A stretch of DNA of 64,000 nucleotides. It comes from an uncultured Solirubrobacterales bacterium. GTDB lineage: Bacteria; Actinomycetota; Thermoleophilia; Solirubrobacterales; Solirubrobacteraceae. Shown piece by piece: positions 27,483 through 37,603 of this stretch. The stretch lies in the NCBI GenBank assembly GCA_963837135.1, contig CAWILV010000004.1:487026-551025 (forward strand). Reading direction: 5' to 3'. How positions within the stretch are numbered: the stretch's first letter is position 1; each line of letters starts with the position of its first letter. Under the pieces are notes generated by a model, which did not search any database, was not told where the DNA came from, and saw only the letters and a program-made list of their open reading frames with translations. The position numbers were made by a program, and so were the translations under genes.

Positions 27483-28520
27483 ATGATGATCGTCATGAAA
27501 GAGACCGCGACAGTCGATGAGATCGACGCGGTCGTAGCCAAGATCGAGCGCGCCGGCGCGCTCGCCCACCGCAGCCAGGGCGCGCGCGTGACGGTGATCG
27601 GCGCGATCGGCGACGTCGAGCAGGACGTCAGCGTCGACAGCCTCGGCCTCGAGGGTCAGCCCGGGGTCGATCGCGTGGTGCCGATCCTCAAGCCCTACAA
27701 GCTCGCCTCGGCGCAGATCACCCACGGCGAGCGCACCGTGCTCGAAATCGGCGGGCGCAAGATCGGCGGGGATCACTTTGCGCTGATCGCCGGGCCGTGC
27801 ACGGTCGAATCGCGGGAGCTGACACTCGAGACCGCACGCGTGGTGCGCGACGCCGGAGGCACGTTGTTCCGCGGCGGCGCCTACAAGCCCCGCACGTCCC
27901 CGTACGCCTTCCAGGGACTCGGCCTGGAGGGCCTGCGGCTGCTGGCCGAGGCCAAGGCCGAGACCGGCCTGCCGATCGTCACAGAGCTGATGGACATCCG
28001 TGACATCGACGCGGTTCTCGAGGTCGCCGATGTGATCCAGATCGGCGCTCGCAACATGCAGAACTATCCGCTGCTGGCCGAGATCGGCCGCTCCGGCCGT
28101 CCGGCGCTGCTGAAGCGAGGTCTCTCGGCGCCGCTCGACGAGTTGCTGATGGCGGCGGAGTACATCCTCAAGGAAGGTAATCCGAGCGTGATGCTGTGCG
28201 AGCGTGGCATCCGCACGTTCGAGACCGACCACCGCCGCGTCACGCTCGACCTAATGGCCGTGCCGATCCTCAAGGAACTCTCGCACCTGCCGGTGATCGT
28301 CGACCCCAGCCACGCCGCGGGGCGGCGCGAGTTGGTGCTGCCGCTGTCGTTGGCCGCGGCTGCCGCGGGTGCGGACGGCATCATCGTCGAGACGCACCCC
28401 AACCCCGAGGAGGCGGTTTGTGACGGGCCGCAGGCGTTGCGCGCAGACGGGTTCGCGGAGTACGTCCGCGCGGTTGAGGGGGTAGCGGCGCTCGCAGGTA
28501 AGGCGCTCAGCGCCATCTGA
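27483..28520 (+). CDS. aroG: 3-deoxy-7-phosphoheptulonate (DAHP) synthase, type I-beta, with an N-terminal ferredoxin-like regulatory domain
   Basis: The catalytic core has LIAGPCTVES and GAYKPRTSPYAFQGLG. A roughly 70-aa N-terminal extension resembles the Thermotoga-type regulatory domain. Confidence 0.9.
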   Translation: MMIVMKETATVDEIDAVVAKIERAGALAHRSQGARVTVIGAIGDVEQDVSVDSLGLEGQPGVDRVVPILKPYKLASAQITHGERTVLEIGGRKIGGDHFALIAGPCTVESRELTLETARVVRDAGGTLFRGGAYKPRTSPYAFQGLGLEGLRLLAEAKAETGLPIVTELMDIRDIDAVLEVADVIQIGARNMQNYPLLAEIGRSGRPALLKRGLSAPLDELLMAAEYILKEGNPSVMLCERGIRTFETDHRRVTLDLMAVPILKELSHLPVIVDPSHAAGRRELVLPLSLAAAAAGADGIIVETHPNPEEAVCDGPQALRADGFAEYVRAVEGVAALAGKALSAI

Positions 28521-28542
28521 TGGACCTTCGGACCCAAGCGTC

Positions 28543-29634
28543 GTGAGGATTGCGGTTCTCGGGGTCGGGCTGATCGGCGGATCGATCGGCCTGGCCGCAC
28601 GCGGCCGGCCGGGTGCCGAGGTATGTGGCTATGACCCCGATCCGCGCGTGTGCGCGTCGGCCCTCGAGCTCGGCGCGATCGACGAGCAGGCGGCGGACAT
28701 CGCCGGCGCCGTGCGGGGCGCGGACGTGGTGTTCGTGGCCGCGCCCGTGGGGGTGCTTGCAGAGACCGTCCGCGCGGCGCTCGCCGGCGCGGGTCCCGAC
28801 ACGGTCGTCACGGATGTCGGCTCGACCAAGCGCGCCGTCGCCGCGGCCGGTCTGTCGGACGCGCGCTTCATCGGCGGTCACCCCCTCGCCGGGGCGGAGA
28901 CCGCGGGCGTGGAGCACGCGCGCGGCGACCTGTTCGACGGCGCCGTCTGGTACCTGACCCCCGCGCGCGGCAGTACGGCCGGCGTCCTTTATGAGCGCCT
29001 GCATCGCCTCCTGACGAGCTTCGGCGCGCAGCCCGCCGCGATCGACGCCAACACGCACGATCGCCTGATGGCATCCGTCTCGCACCTGCCGCACGTGCTC
29101 GCCAACCTGCTCGTCGCCCAGGCCGCGAGCGTGCTGGGCGGGGAAGACGAGCAACGCCTGCCGGCGGTCGGTCCGAGCTTCCGTGACGCAACGCGCGTCG
29201 CGGGCGCGAACACCGCGATCTGGACAGATATCTATCTGTCGAACAGGGATGCCCTGATCGCCGGCATCGACGGGCTGACCGAGCGCTTGAGCGCTGTACG
29301 CGCGGTGCTCCAGCGGGGCGACGCGGCGGCGGTGTCGGAGTGGAACGAGCGAGCGCGGGCAGACCGCGAGGTGTTGCTCGGTGCCGGGCTGGTCGGTGGG
29401 GCCGGTGGGGACGAGGTGACCGAGCTACGCGCCTCGGTGCCCAACCGCCCGGGCGTGATCGCCGAGCTGGCGCTGGCGCTCGGCGGCGCGGGCGTGAACA
29501 TCCTCGACATGGCGCTGTCCCCCTCCGAGGACAACCGCCAGGGCGTAATCGCGCTGTGGGTCGCCGGCGGGCCTCCCGCCGGGCGCGCGCAGGAGCTGAT
29601 CGCGGGCCTCGGCTTCCCCGTCGCGCGGGCTTGA
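28543..29634 (+). CDS. tyrA: prephenate dehydrogenase with a C-terminal ACT domain
   Basis: Rossmann MRIAVLGVGLIGGSIG, SHLPHVLA, and an ACT-like C-terminus (NRPGVIAELALALGGAGVNI). Confidence 0.88.
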   Translation: MRIAVLGVGLIGGSIGLAARGRPGAEVCGYDPDPRVCASALELGAIDEQAADIAGAVRGADVVFVAAPVGVLAETVRAALAGAGPDTVVTDVGSTKRAVAAAGLSDARFIGGHPLAGAETAGVEHARGDLFDGAVWYLTPARGSTAGVLYERLHRLLTSFGAQPAAIDANTHDRLMASVSHLPHVLANLLVAQAASVLGGEDEQRLPAVGPSFRDATRVAGANTAIWTDIYLSNRDALIAGIDGLTERLSAVRAVLQRGDAAAVSEWNERARADREVLLGAGLVGGAGGDEVTELRASVPNRPGVIAELALALGGAGVNILDMALSPSEDNRQGVIALWVAGGPPAGRAQELIAGLGFPVARA

Positions 29635-29665
29635 GACTCGCCCGGCACGGTCATACTGTCGCCCA

Positions 29666-30958
29666 ATGGACCTACGCTTCGAGCCCTCGGGCGGCCTCCA
29701 CGGGAGGCTGACCGCGCCGGCGGACAAGTCGCTCTCCCATCGCGCCGCGCTGCTCGGGGCGATGGCATCCGAGCCGGTGCGGATCGAGAACTACCTGCAC
29801 GCTGCGGACACCACCTCGACGCTCGATGCCGTGCGCGCGCTCGGCGCGCTCGTGGAGATTCGCGAGGGCGAAGTGGTGATCCGCGGAACTGGCCTGCGCG
29901 AGGCGCGCGAGCCCGACGGGCCGATCGACGTCGGCAACGCGGGCACGCTGCTGCGCCTGTTGCCGGGCTGGCTGGCGGCCCAGGAGGGGCGCTCGTTCAC
30001 GCTCGACGGGGACGAGTCGATTCGCCGCCGGCCGGTCGACCGCGTAGCGGAGCCGCTGCGGCTGATGGGCGCGGATCTGAAAGCCAAGAGCGGACGCTTT
30101 CCTCCGCTTCAAGTGCGCGGCGCGCGGCTGCGCTGCATCTCCCACGAGCTGCCGGTGGCAAGCGCTCAGGTCAAGTCGTGCGTGCTGCTGGCGGCGCTCG
30201 CCGCGGACGGTGCCACGACGATCGGCGAGCCGGCGCGCAGCCGCGACCACACCGAGCGGATGTTGTTGCGAGCCGGAGTGAACATCCATCGCAACGGCCG
30301 CCACGTAACCGTCGTAAACGCCGACGAGTTGGTGCTCGAGCGAGTGCGGGTGCCTGGTGATTTGAGCTCGGCGGCGTTCATGGTGGCGGCCGGGGTGCTC
30401 GTCCCTCACTCGCGCCTTTTGATTGGAGATGTGGGGGTCAACTGGACGCGCACCGGCTTCCTGCGGATCCTGCGCCGGATGCAGGGCATCGTGCTTGGCG
30501 ACCTCGAGGACGAGTCGGGCGAGCTCTCCACCGATGAGCCGGTCAGCGACCTCGATGTCGCCCACGGCGCGCTGGAGGGAACGGTCGTCGAGGCCGAGGA
30601 GGTTCCGCTGGCGATCGACGAGCTGCCCTTGGTGGCGCTGCTCGGTTGCTTTGCCGAGGGCGATACGGTCGTCCACGGCGCCCAGGAGTTGCGCGTGAAG
30701 GAGTCAGACCGGATCGTTGACGTGGTCGAGGGCCTGCGCGGCCTCGGCGCCGAGATCGAGGCGACCGAAGATGGCTTTGCGGTGCGCGGCTCCGGCGGTC
30801 TGCGAGGCGGCACGATCGACGCTCGTGGCGACCATCGCCTGGCGATGATGGGCGCGGTGGCGGGTCTCGCCTCGCGCGAGGGGGTCGAGGTGGTGGGCAT
30901 CGAGGCCGCCGTCGTGTCCTATCCGGGATTCGTCGAGGACCTCGCGGCGCTCGGGTAG
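29666..30958 (+). CDS. aroA: 3-phosphoshikimate 1-carboxyvinyltransferase (EPSP synthase)
   Basis: PADKSLSHRAAL, VGNAGTLLRLL and DHRLAMM motifs. 430 aa. Confidence 0.93.
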   Translation: MDLRFEPSGGLHGRLTAPADKSLSHRAALLGAMASEPVRIENYLHAADTTSTLDAVRALGALVEIREGEVVIRGTGLREAREPDGPIDVGNAGTLLRLLPGWLAAQEGRSFTLDGDESIRRRPVDRVAEPLRLMGADLKAKSGRFPPLQVRGARLRCISHELPVASAQVKSCVLLAALAADGATTIGEPARSRDHTERMLLRAGVNIHRNGRHVTVVNADELVLERVRVPGDLSSAAFMVAAGVLVPHSRLLIGDVGVNWTRTGFLRILRRMQGIVLGDLEDESGELSTDEPVSDLDVAHGALEGTVVEAEEVPLAIDELPLVALLGCFAEGDTVVHGAQELRVKESDRIVDVVEGLRGLGAEIEATEDGFAVRGSGGLRGGTIDARGDHRLAMMGAVAGLASREGVEVVGIEAAVVSYPGFVEDLAALG

Positions 30959-30979
30959 ACCTCATGCTTCACTTCCACG

Positions 30980-32236
30980 ATGAGTCCTTCTGAGAGCGGC
31001 GCGACCACGGCGCCCCGTCCTTCGGGTGAGCCGGCTGATGTAGTCGATTTGACGGGCGTGCTGCCCTCCCAGCAGCTGCGCGAGGCCGTCACGAGCGGAT
31101 GGGTCACCGCCGGGGACTGGCGCATTCCGGCTGAGTCGGTCCAGCCCGCCAGCGTGGATTTGCGACTCGGCGAGCATGCATGGGCGCTGCGCTGCAGCTT
31201 TCTGCCCGACAGCGACTCGAGTGTCGAGGAGAAGATCGAGGACATCGCCTTCGAACGGATCGATCTGCGCGATGGGGCCGCGCTCGAGCGCGACCGCCCC
31301 TATCTGGTGCCGCTGATCGAGGGGCTGCGTCTTCCCGAGGCGATTCGCGCCAAGGCGAACCCGAAGAGCTCGACCGGCCGCCTGGACGTCTTCACGCGCG
31401 TGCTCACCGATCGCAATCACCGCTTCGACGAGATCGCCGCCGGCTACAACGGCAAGCTCTATCTGGAGGTCGTCCCTCGCACGTTCGCGATCCGCGTGAA
31501 GACCGGCCTCGCCCTCAATCAGGTGCGTCTGATGGCCGGCGACGCGCGTTTGAGCGACATGGAGCTCCTCTCGCTGCACGAGCGCTCCCCGCTGCTCTAC
31601 CGCGACTGTAGGCCCGTTCCCATCTCGGAGATCTCGATCGCCGACGGGTTGTTCCTCAGCCTTGACGTCTCGGGCTCGGCTGAGAGCATCGTGGGTTACC
31701 GCGCCAAGAAGAACAGTCTGCCAATCGACCTGACGAAGGTGGGCGCGCTGAATTGGCGCGACTATTGGGAGCCGGTCTATCCCGAGCGAGGGAGACGCAT
31801 TGTGCTCGAGCCGGAGGTCTTCTACCTGCTGCTCTCATCGGAGGGGGTCAGCATTCCCCCTTCCTATGCCGCCGAGATGCTCGCCTACGATCCCACTGCG
31901 GGAGAGCTGCGCACGCACTATGCGGGCTTCTTCGACCCCGGGTTCGGATTTCATCGCGACCAGACTGCGCCCGGCAGTCGCGCGGCGCTGGAGGTGCGCG
32001 CGCGCGACGTGTCCTTCATGGTCGAGCACGGCCAGCCGGTGTGCAAGCTCGCCTTCGAGCGAATGGCCGAGGAGCCCGACGTGCTCTATGGCAGGGACAT
32101 CGGCTCCAACTACCAGGGACAGCTGACGATGTTGAGCAAGCACTTCGCCGAGCAGACAGCGGGTCTCGCGCAACCGCCGCCACGTGGTGGTGGCGCGCTC
32201 GAGGACATGTCGCCCCCGTCGCCGCGAGCTACGTAG
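30980..32236 (+). CDS. long-form 2'-deoxycytidine 5'-triphosphate deaminase family (DCD) protein
   Basis: 418 aa. Two dCTP-deaminase/dUTPase-like halves (SVDLRLG..., [16 protein letters not shown]...). Matches the roughly 360-aa DCD family as I recall it. Confidence 0.65.
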   Translation: MSPSESGATTAPRPSGEPADVVDLTGVLPSQQLREAVTSGWVTAGDWRIPAESVQPASVDLRLGEHAWALRCSFLPDSDSSVEEKIEDIAFERIDLRDGAALERDRPYLVPLIEGLRLPEAIRAKANPKSSTGRLDVFTRVLTDRNHRFDEIAAGYNGKLYLEVVPRTFAIRVKTGLALNQVRLMAGDARLSDMELLSLHERSPLLYRDCRPVPISEISIADGLFLSLDVSGSAESIVGYRAKKNSLPIDLTKVGALNWRDYWEPVYPERGRRIVLEPEVFYLLLSSEGVSIPPSYAAEMLAYDPTAGELRTHYAGFFDPGFGFHRDQTAPGSRAALEVRARDVSFMVEHGQPVCKLAFERMAEEPDVLYGRDIGSNYQGQLTMLSKHFAEQTAGLAQPPPRGGGALEDMSPPSPRAT

Positions 32237-32245
32237 CCGGCTTCG

Positions 32246-32869
32246 ATGCTGATCGCGATCGACGGCCCCGCGGGGGCCGGCAAGTCGACTGTCGCACACG
32301 CGCTTGCGCGCCGGCTCGGGTTCACCTATCTGGACAGCGGCGCGATGTACCGCTGCGTGGCGCTGCTGTCGCTCGCCTCGCCGGGCGCTGCGCCGGCGCA
32401 GCTGGCCGGAGCGGCGCGGATCGAGATGGGGGTCCGCGTGCTGCTCGACGGTCGCGACGTGAGCGTTCAGATTCGCTCACCGGAGGTCTCCGAGGAGGCC
32501 TCGCGCGTGGCCGCCGACCCGGGGGTGCGCGCGGCGCTCGTGTCCTTGCAGCGTGCCCTGATCGCGGGCGGCGACTGGGTTGCCGAGGGCCGGGACATCG
32601 GCACGGTAGTCGCGCCCGAGGCCGAGCTGAAGGTGTTCCTCACTGCCTCGCCCGAGGAGCGTGCGCGCCGCCGTGCCGCCGAGCTGGGCGCCGACGCTCA
32701 CACGGTGCTTGCCGAGCAGGCTTTGCGCGACGAGCGCGACGCCACGCGCGAGCACAGCCCGCTCGCGGCCGCCCCGGGGGCGGTGGTGCTCGACACGAGC
32801 GGGCTGCCGGTCGAGGACGTGGTCGAGCGGATCGCGACGCTCGCCGCATCGGCCTCGCCCTCGGTTTGA
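32246..32869 (+). CDS. cmk: (d)CMP kinase
   Basis: [18 protein letters not shown]-loop, then YLDSGAMYR. Confidence 0.93.
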   Translation: MLIAIDGPAGAGKSTVAHALARRLGFTYLDSGAMYRCVALLSLASPGAAPAQLAGAARIEMGVRVLLDGRDVSVQIRSPEVSEEASRVAADPGVRAALVSLQRALIAGGDWVAEGRDIGTVVAPEAELKVFLTASPEERARRRAAELGADAHTVLAEQALRDERDATREHSPLAAAPGAVVLDTSGLPVEDVVERIATLAASASPSV

Positions 32870-32907
32870 CCGGGCCTCGCTCGCTCCCGCCTGGTCATAC
32901 TGAGCGG

Positions 32908-34293
32908 ATGCTGAAGGTCGCCGTCGTCGGCTATCCGAACGTGGGGAAGTCCTCACTGATCAACCGTCTCACGGGCACGCGCGAGGCGGTCGTGCACGAG
33001 CGCCCCGGTATCACGCGCGACCGCAAGGAGCTCGAGTGCGAGTGGAACGGGCGCCGCTTCATGCTGATCGACACCGGCGGCGTGGACTTCCAGGATGAGG
33101 ATCCGCTCGCCGGCTCGATCCGCGATCAGGCGCGTGCGGGTCTCGCAGACGCACAGGTGGCGGTGCTCGTCGTCGACTCGCGCGCCGGTGTGCGGCCCGG
33201 CGATGAGGAGATAGCGGATCTTCTACGCCGCTCAACGCTGCCTCTGATCGTGGCGGCGAACAAGTGCGACGGCGTCGCGGATATTCCGCTGGCCTCGGAG
33301 TTCCATCGTCTCGGTCTCGGCGCCCCGATCCCCGTTTCTGCAGCCCAGGGCCTCGGCACGGGCGATCTGCTGGACCGGATCGTCGAGTTGCTACCTGAGG
33401 GAGACGACGAGCCGGACGGTGACACTGTGCGACTGGCGATCATCGGTCGCCCGAACGTCGGCAAGTCCTCGCTGGTCAATCGCTTCATCGGCGAGGAGCG
33501 CGTGATCGTTTCCGACGTCGCCGGCACGACGCGCGATGCGATCGACATGCCTTTGATGGTCGGTGAGCGCAAGCTGGTCCTCGTCGACACCGCGGGAATG
33601 CGCCGTCAGTCGAAGGTCGAAGACTCGGTCGAGTACTACACGGCGCTGCGCTCGGAGCGCGCCGCCGAACGGGCGGACGTGGCGCTGGTCGTGTGCGACG
33701 CCCGCGAAGGCGTCACCGCCCAGGATCTGCGGATCGCGGAGCTGGCGATGAAGGCGGGCTGCGCCACGGCGATCGTGCTGAACAAGTGGGATGTTCGCGA
33801 AGGCTCCGAGGACGACCTCGACCACGAGCGCGGGCGCGTGGCCCAAAAGCTGCGCTTGCGCCCGCGGGTGCTGACCGCGAGCGCACTCACCGGTCGCCAC
33901 GTCGATCGCCTGTTGACCGAGGCGCTCGCGCTCGGCGATCGCATGTCCGGTCGCATCCCCACCGCGGAGCTGAACCGCTTTCTCGGTGAGACCGTCCAGG
34001 CGCGTCAGCCCCCCGTGGGGACCCGCCGGGGCTCCAGTCAGCACCGGCTGAAGCTGATCTACATGGCCCAGATTGGCGAGCGTCCGCCGCGCTTTGCGAT
34101 TCAGATCAACTCCCGCGCGCGCGTCACTCGCGACTACGCTTACTTCGTGGAGAACCGCCTGCGCGCTCGCTACGGGATGGATGGGGTCCCATTGGTGATC
34201 GACTTCGTCGAGCGCGGCCAGCGCGGCCGTGAGGCCCCGGGGCGCGAGGATTCCGGGAGACGCGCACGGGCGAGAAGCTCCCCAACCTCCTGA
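32908..34293 (+). CDS. der: ribosome biogenesis GTPase Der (EngA)
   Basis: Two GTPase domains (GYPNVGKSS and GRPNVGKSS, each with DTGG/DTAG and NKCD/NKWD) plus a KH-like C-terminus. Start ATG 32908 inside track ORF 31753..34293. Confidence 0.93.
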   Translation: MLKVAVVGYPNVGKSSLINRLTGTREAVVHERPGITRDRKELECEWNGRRFMLIDTGGVDFQDEDPLAGSIRDQARAGLADAQVAVLVVDSRAGVRPGDEEIADLLRRSTLPLIVAANKCDGVADIPLASEFHRLGLGAPIPVSAAQGLGTGDLLDRIVELLPEGDDEPDGDTVRLAIIGRPNVGKSSLVNRFIGEERVIVSDVAGTTRDAIDMPLMVGERKLVLVDTAGMRRQSKVEDSVEYYTALRSERAAERADVALVVCDAREGVTAQDLRIAELAMKAGCATAIVLNKWDVREGSEDDLDHERGRVAQKLRLRPRVLTASALTGRHVDRLLTEALALGDRMSGRIPTAELNRFLGETVQARQPPVGTRRGSSQHRLKLIYMAQIGERPPRFAIQINSRARVTRDYAYFVENRLRARYGMDGVPLVIDFVERGQRGREAPGREDSGRRARARSSPTS

Positions 34294-34350
34294 CTCACCT
34301 ATTCTCTATCGACTTTTTGCCTGCGACCCCCTGGAGCGATTCCCGAACCC

Positions 34351-35565
34351 ATGACCCAGCTTCCTGACAACGAGTACCTGTTCACTTCCGAGTCGGTCAC
34401 GGAGGGGCACCCGGACAAGATCGCCGACCAGATCTCCGATGGCGTGCTCGACGCCGTGCTCAAAGACGACCCCTACGGCCGCGTCGCCTGCGAGACGCTC
34501 GTCAACACCGGCCTGATCGTGGTCTCCGGAGAGATCTCGACAGACACCTATGTGGACATCCAGGAGATCGCGCGCGAGACGGTCCGCAAGATCGGCTACA
34601 CCGACGCCGAGCTCGGCTTCTCGGCCGACTCCTGTGCCGTCCTGAACGCGATCGACAAGCAGTCGCCGGACATCGCGCAGGGCGTCAACCAGGCCTATGA
34701 GAAGCGCACCGATGCGACCGACGAGGACGAGCTGGACGTCGCCGGCGCCGGCGACCAGGGCATGATGTTCGGCTACGCGAGCAACGAGACGCCGTCGCTG
34801 ATGCCGCTGCCGATCTCGCTCGCCCACCAGCTCGCCAAGCGGCTCGCTGCCGTGCGCCACGACGGCTCACTCGACTATCTGCGCCCAGACGGCAAGACGC
34901 AGGTCTCGGTCCGCTACGTCGACGGCAAGCCGGCGGGGATCGAGAAGCTGCTGATCTCCACCCAGCACGCCGAGCACGCGACGCAGAAGCAGATCACAGA
35001 CGACCTCTGGGAGCAGGTCGTCGTCCCGGTACTGCCGGCTGAGCTGCTCGACGCCAACGCGCTGCGCCGCGACTTCCTCGTCAACCCGACCGGCCGCTTC
35101 GTGATCGGCGGGCCGGTCGGCGACTGCGGCCTGACGGGGCGCAAGATCATCGTCGACACCTACGGTGGCATGGCCCGTCACGGCGGCGGCGCGTTCTCGG
35201 GCAAGGACCCCTCGAAGGTCGACCGCTCTGCCGCCTACGCGGCGCGCTGGGTCGCCAAGAACATCGTCGCCGCTTCTCTCGCCGACCGCGCCGAGGTGCA
35301 GGTCGCCTATGCGATCGGCGTCGCGCACCCGGTGTCGGTGATGGTCGAGACGTTCGGCACCGAGCGGATCGGCCGTGGCCAGATCGCAAAGCTCGTCGAC
35401 GAGCACTTCGACCTGCGACCCGGAGCGTTCCGCGAGGAGCTCAAACTGCATCGCCCGATCTACCAGAAGACCGCCGCCTACGGGCACTTCGGCCGCGACG
35501 ACGACGACTTCACGTGGGAGCGGACCGACAGGGCCGACGCGCTGCGCTCCGCCGCCGGCCTCTGA
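34351..35565 (+). CDS. metK: S-adenosylmethionine synthase
   Basis: [24 protein letters not shown] and DTYGG motifs. 404 aa. Confidence 0.97.
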   Translation: MTQLPDNEYLFTSESVTEGHPDKIADQISDGVLDAVLKDDPYGRVACETLVNTGLIVVSGEISTDTYVDIQEIARETVRKIGYTDAELGFSADSCAVLNAIDKQSPDIAQGVNQAYEKRTDATDEDELDVAGAGDQGMMFGYASNETPSLMPLPISLAHQLAKRLAAVRHDGSLDYLRPDGKTQVSVRYVDGKPAGIEKLLISTQHAEHATQKQITDDLWEQVVVPVLPAELLDANALRRDFLVNPTGRFVIGGPVGDCGLTGRKIIVDTYGGMARHGGGAFSGKDPSKVDRSAAYAARWVAKNIVAASLADRAEVQVAYAIGVAHPVSVMVETFGTERIGRGQIAKLVDEHFDLRPGAFREELKLHRPIYQKTAAYGHFGRDDDDFTWERTDRADALRSAAGL

Positions 35566-35590
35566 CCGGGGCCGCGTCTAATGTGGCGGA

Positions 35591-37591
35591 GTGTCCGCCA
35601 TCGCCCAGGTCGAGCCGATGACGACGGCCCGCGCATTGCGCGGGCCGTTTGACTACCGCCTGCCCCCGGAGCTGTGCGGCGGTGAGGTGAAGGTCGGCTC
35701 GATGCTCGTCGTGCCCTTCGGCCGGCGCGAGGTGCTGGGGGTAGTCGTCGGGCTGGCCGAGCGCAGCGAGGTCGCCGAGGGGAAACTGCTCGCACCGCTG
35801 CGCGCGCTGGAGCTCGGCGTACCCCGCGATTTGGTGGAGCTGGCCGAGTGGATCGCCGCGGAGTACTGCTCGACGATCTCCCGCGCGCTCGGCCTCGTTT
35901 TGCCCCCCGGCGCCGTGCGGCGGCTGAGCGGGCGTAAACGCCGCGCCGTCACCCGTCGCGTGCACCTGCCTGTCGGAGCGCGCAGTCCCGAACCGCCCAC
36001 CTTGACCGCGGAGCAGCGCGACGTGCTCGAGTCCTTGACGGCGGCGCTCACCGCGTGTGTGCCTGCCAGGCGACTGCTGCACGGGGTCACGGGCTCCGGC
36101 AAGACCGAGATCTATCTGCGCGCCGCCGCGACCGCGCTACAGCAGCGACGCGGCGCGATTGTGCTCGTCCCGGAGATCGCCCTGACTCCACAGATCGTGG
36201 GACGTTTCGTCGAACGCTTCGGCGACACCGTCGCGGTACTGCACTCGCAATTGCGCCCGGCCGAGCGCTATGAGGAATGGCGGCGTCTGCGCTCAGGCGA
36301 GGCTCGGGTCTGCGTCGGCCCGCGCTCAGCCGTGTTCGCGCCGATCGAGGATCTTGGTCTGATCGTTGTAGACGAGGAGCACGACGCTTCCTATAAGCAC
36401 GAAGGCGACCCGCGCTACGACGCCCGCGACGTCGCCGCCGAGCGCGCCAAGCGCTGTGGAGCGTTGCTGCTGCTTGGCAGCGCCACCCCGCGGCCCGAGA
36501 GCGTATGCGCCGTGCCAAGCCCACTGCGGCTGCCCGGCCGCGTGGACGGCCGCCCGCTGCCGGAGGTCGAGATCCTCGACATGCGCGGGGAGGCGCAGGG
36601 ACTGCACCCGCAGACCGCCCGCGCGCTCGCAGAGGTGCGCAGCACGGGTGGCAAGGCGATGGTGCTGCTCAACCGTCGCGGCTGGTCGAACTTTCTCTCG
36701 TGCCGCTCTTGCGGGCGGGTGTGGTGCTGCCCGGACTGTGACGTGGCGCTCGTGCTGCATCGCGCTGAGGGCTACGTGGCATGTCATCACTGTGGGCATC
36801 GCGAGCCCGCGCCGGCGCGCTGTGGTGACTGCGGCTCGACGGTCGTGGCGCGCCACGGCGCAGGCACCGAGCGCGTGCAACACGAGCTCGCGAGAACGCT
36901 CGACGACGGGAGCTTCCCGGTGTTCCGCCTGGACGCCGATGTAGCCGGTGGGGGCGGGGAGGAGGATCGTGTAGGCGCTGTACTGCGCCGCTTTGAGGCG
37001 GCGCCCTCGGGAGTCTTGATCGGCACGCAGATGGTCGCCAAGGGCCACGACTTCCGCGATGTCACGCTTGGGGTGGTGCTCGATGCCGACGCCACCCTGC
37101 GCTTCCCCGACTTCCGCGCCGAGGAGCGCACATTCGCACTGATCGCACAGCTCGCCGGGCGCGTCGGGCGCGGCGGCGAGGGGCGCGTGCTGGTGCAGAG
37201 CATCGCCCCCGGAGCGCGCTCGATCGAGCACGCTGCGCGCCACGACTCAGACGGCTTCCTGGCTGGCGAGCTGCAGCGGCGCGAGGCGCTTCGCTACCCG
37301 CCCTTCTCGCACCTGATCAGGATTGTCTGCGCTGCCGTTGAGCCTGTTCCGGCGCGGGCGGCGGCGCAAGCGCTGCGCGAGCGCCTGCGGTCCTTGCCCC
37401 CTGGCCCAGATTCGAGCGTGCTCGGTCCGGCATCGTTGTTTCGCCTGCGTGGGCGTGAACGCCAGGTGCTGGTGGTGAAGGCGGCGGAGCACCGTCCCGC
37501 GGTGCACGCGGTCGGGGAGGCCGTGCGGCGGGTGGCGGCCGCACGGGAGCACGCGGGCGTGAGCTTCAGCGTGGATGTCGACCCGCAATAA
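35591..37591 (+). CDS. priA: primosomal protein N' (replication restart helicase PriA)
   Basis: GVTGSGKTE Walker A, DEEHD box, and the Cys-rich zinc region CRSCG...CPDC...CHHCG...CGDCGS. Confidence 0.92.
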   Translation: MSAIAQVEPMTTARALRGPFDYRLPPELCGGEVKVGSMLVVPFGRREVLGVVVGLAERSEVAEGKLLAPLRALELGVPRDLVELAEWIAAEYCSTISRALGLVLPPGAVRRLSGRKRRAVTRRVHLPVGARSPEPPTLTAEQRDVLESLTAALTACVPARRLLHGVTGSGKTEIYLRAAATALQQRRGAIVLVPEIALTPQIVGRFVERFGDTVAVLHSQLRPAERYEEWRRLRSGEARVCVGPRSAVFAPIEDLGLIVVDEEHDASYKHEGDPRYDARDVAAERAKRCGALLLLGSATPRPESVCAVPSPLRLPGRVDGRPLPEVEILDMRGEAQGLHPQTARALAEVRSTGGKAMVLLNRRGWSNFLSCRSCGRVWCCPDCDVALVLHRAEGYVACHHCGHREPAPARCGDCGSTVVARHGAGTERVQHELARTLDDGSFPVFRLDADVAGGGGEEDRVGAVLRRFEAAPSGVLIGTQMVAKGHDFRDVTLGVVLDADATLRFPDFRAEERTFALIAQLAGRVGRGGEGRVLVQSIAPGARSIEHAARHDSDGFLAGELQRREALRYPPFSHLIRIVCAAVEPVPARAAAQALRERLRSLPPGPDSSVLGPASLFRLRGRERQVLVVKAAEHRPAVHAVGEAVRRVAAAREHAGVSFSVDVDPQ

Positions 37592-37603
37592 ACTGCAGTC
37601 GGT

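Noticed and set aside
30980-32236. The DCD-family gene as a nucleotide-depletion antiphage effector.
   Set aside because: The context is purely housekeeping (aroA upstream, cmk and der downstream, same strand, short spacers). The gene has no extra kinase or sensor domain, and no neighbouring defence-type genes are present.
31753-34293. An 846-aa ORF suggesting a giant Der fusion protein. Similarly, the 686-aa ORF 13451-15511 spans murB and ftsQ, and the 664-aa ORF 5355-7349 extends murF.
   Set aside because: The N-terminal parts overlap dcd/cmk, murB or murE, which are clearly coded in other frames, and are Arg/Gly/Ala-rich. The real proteins start at internal codons (32908, 14417, 5775) with canonical N-termini.
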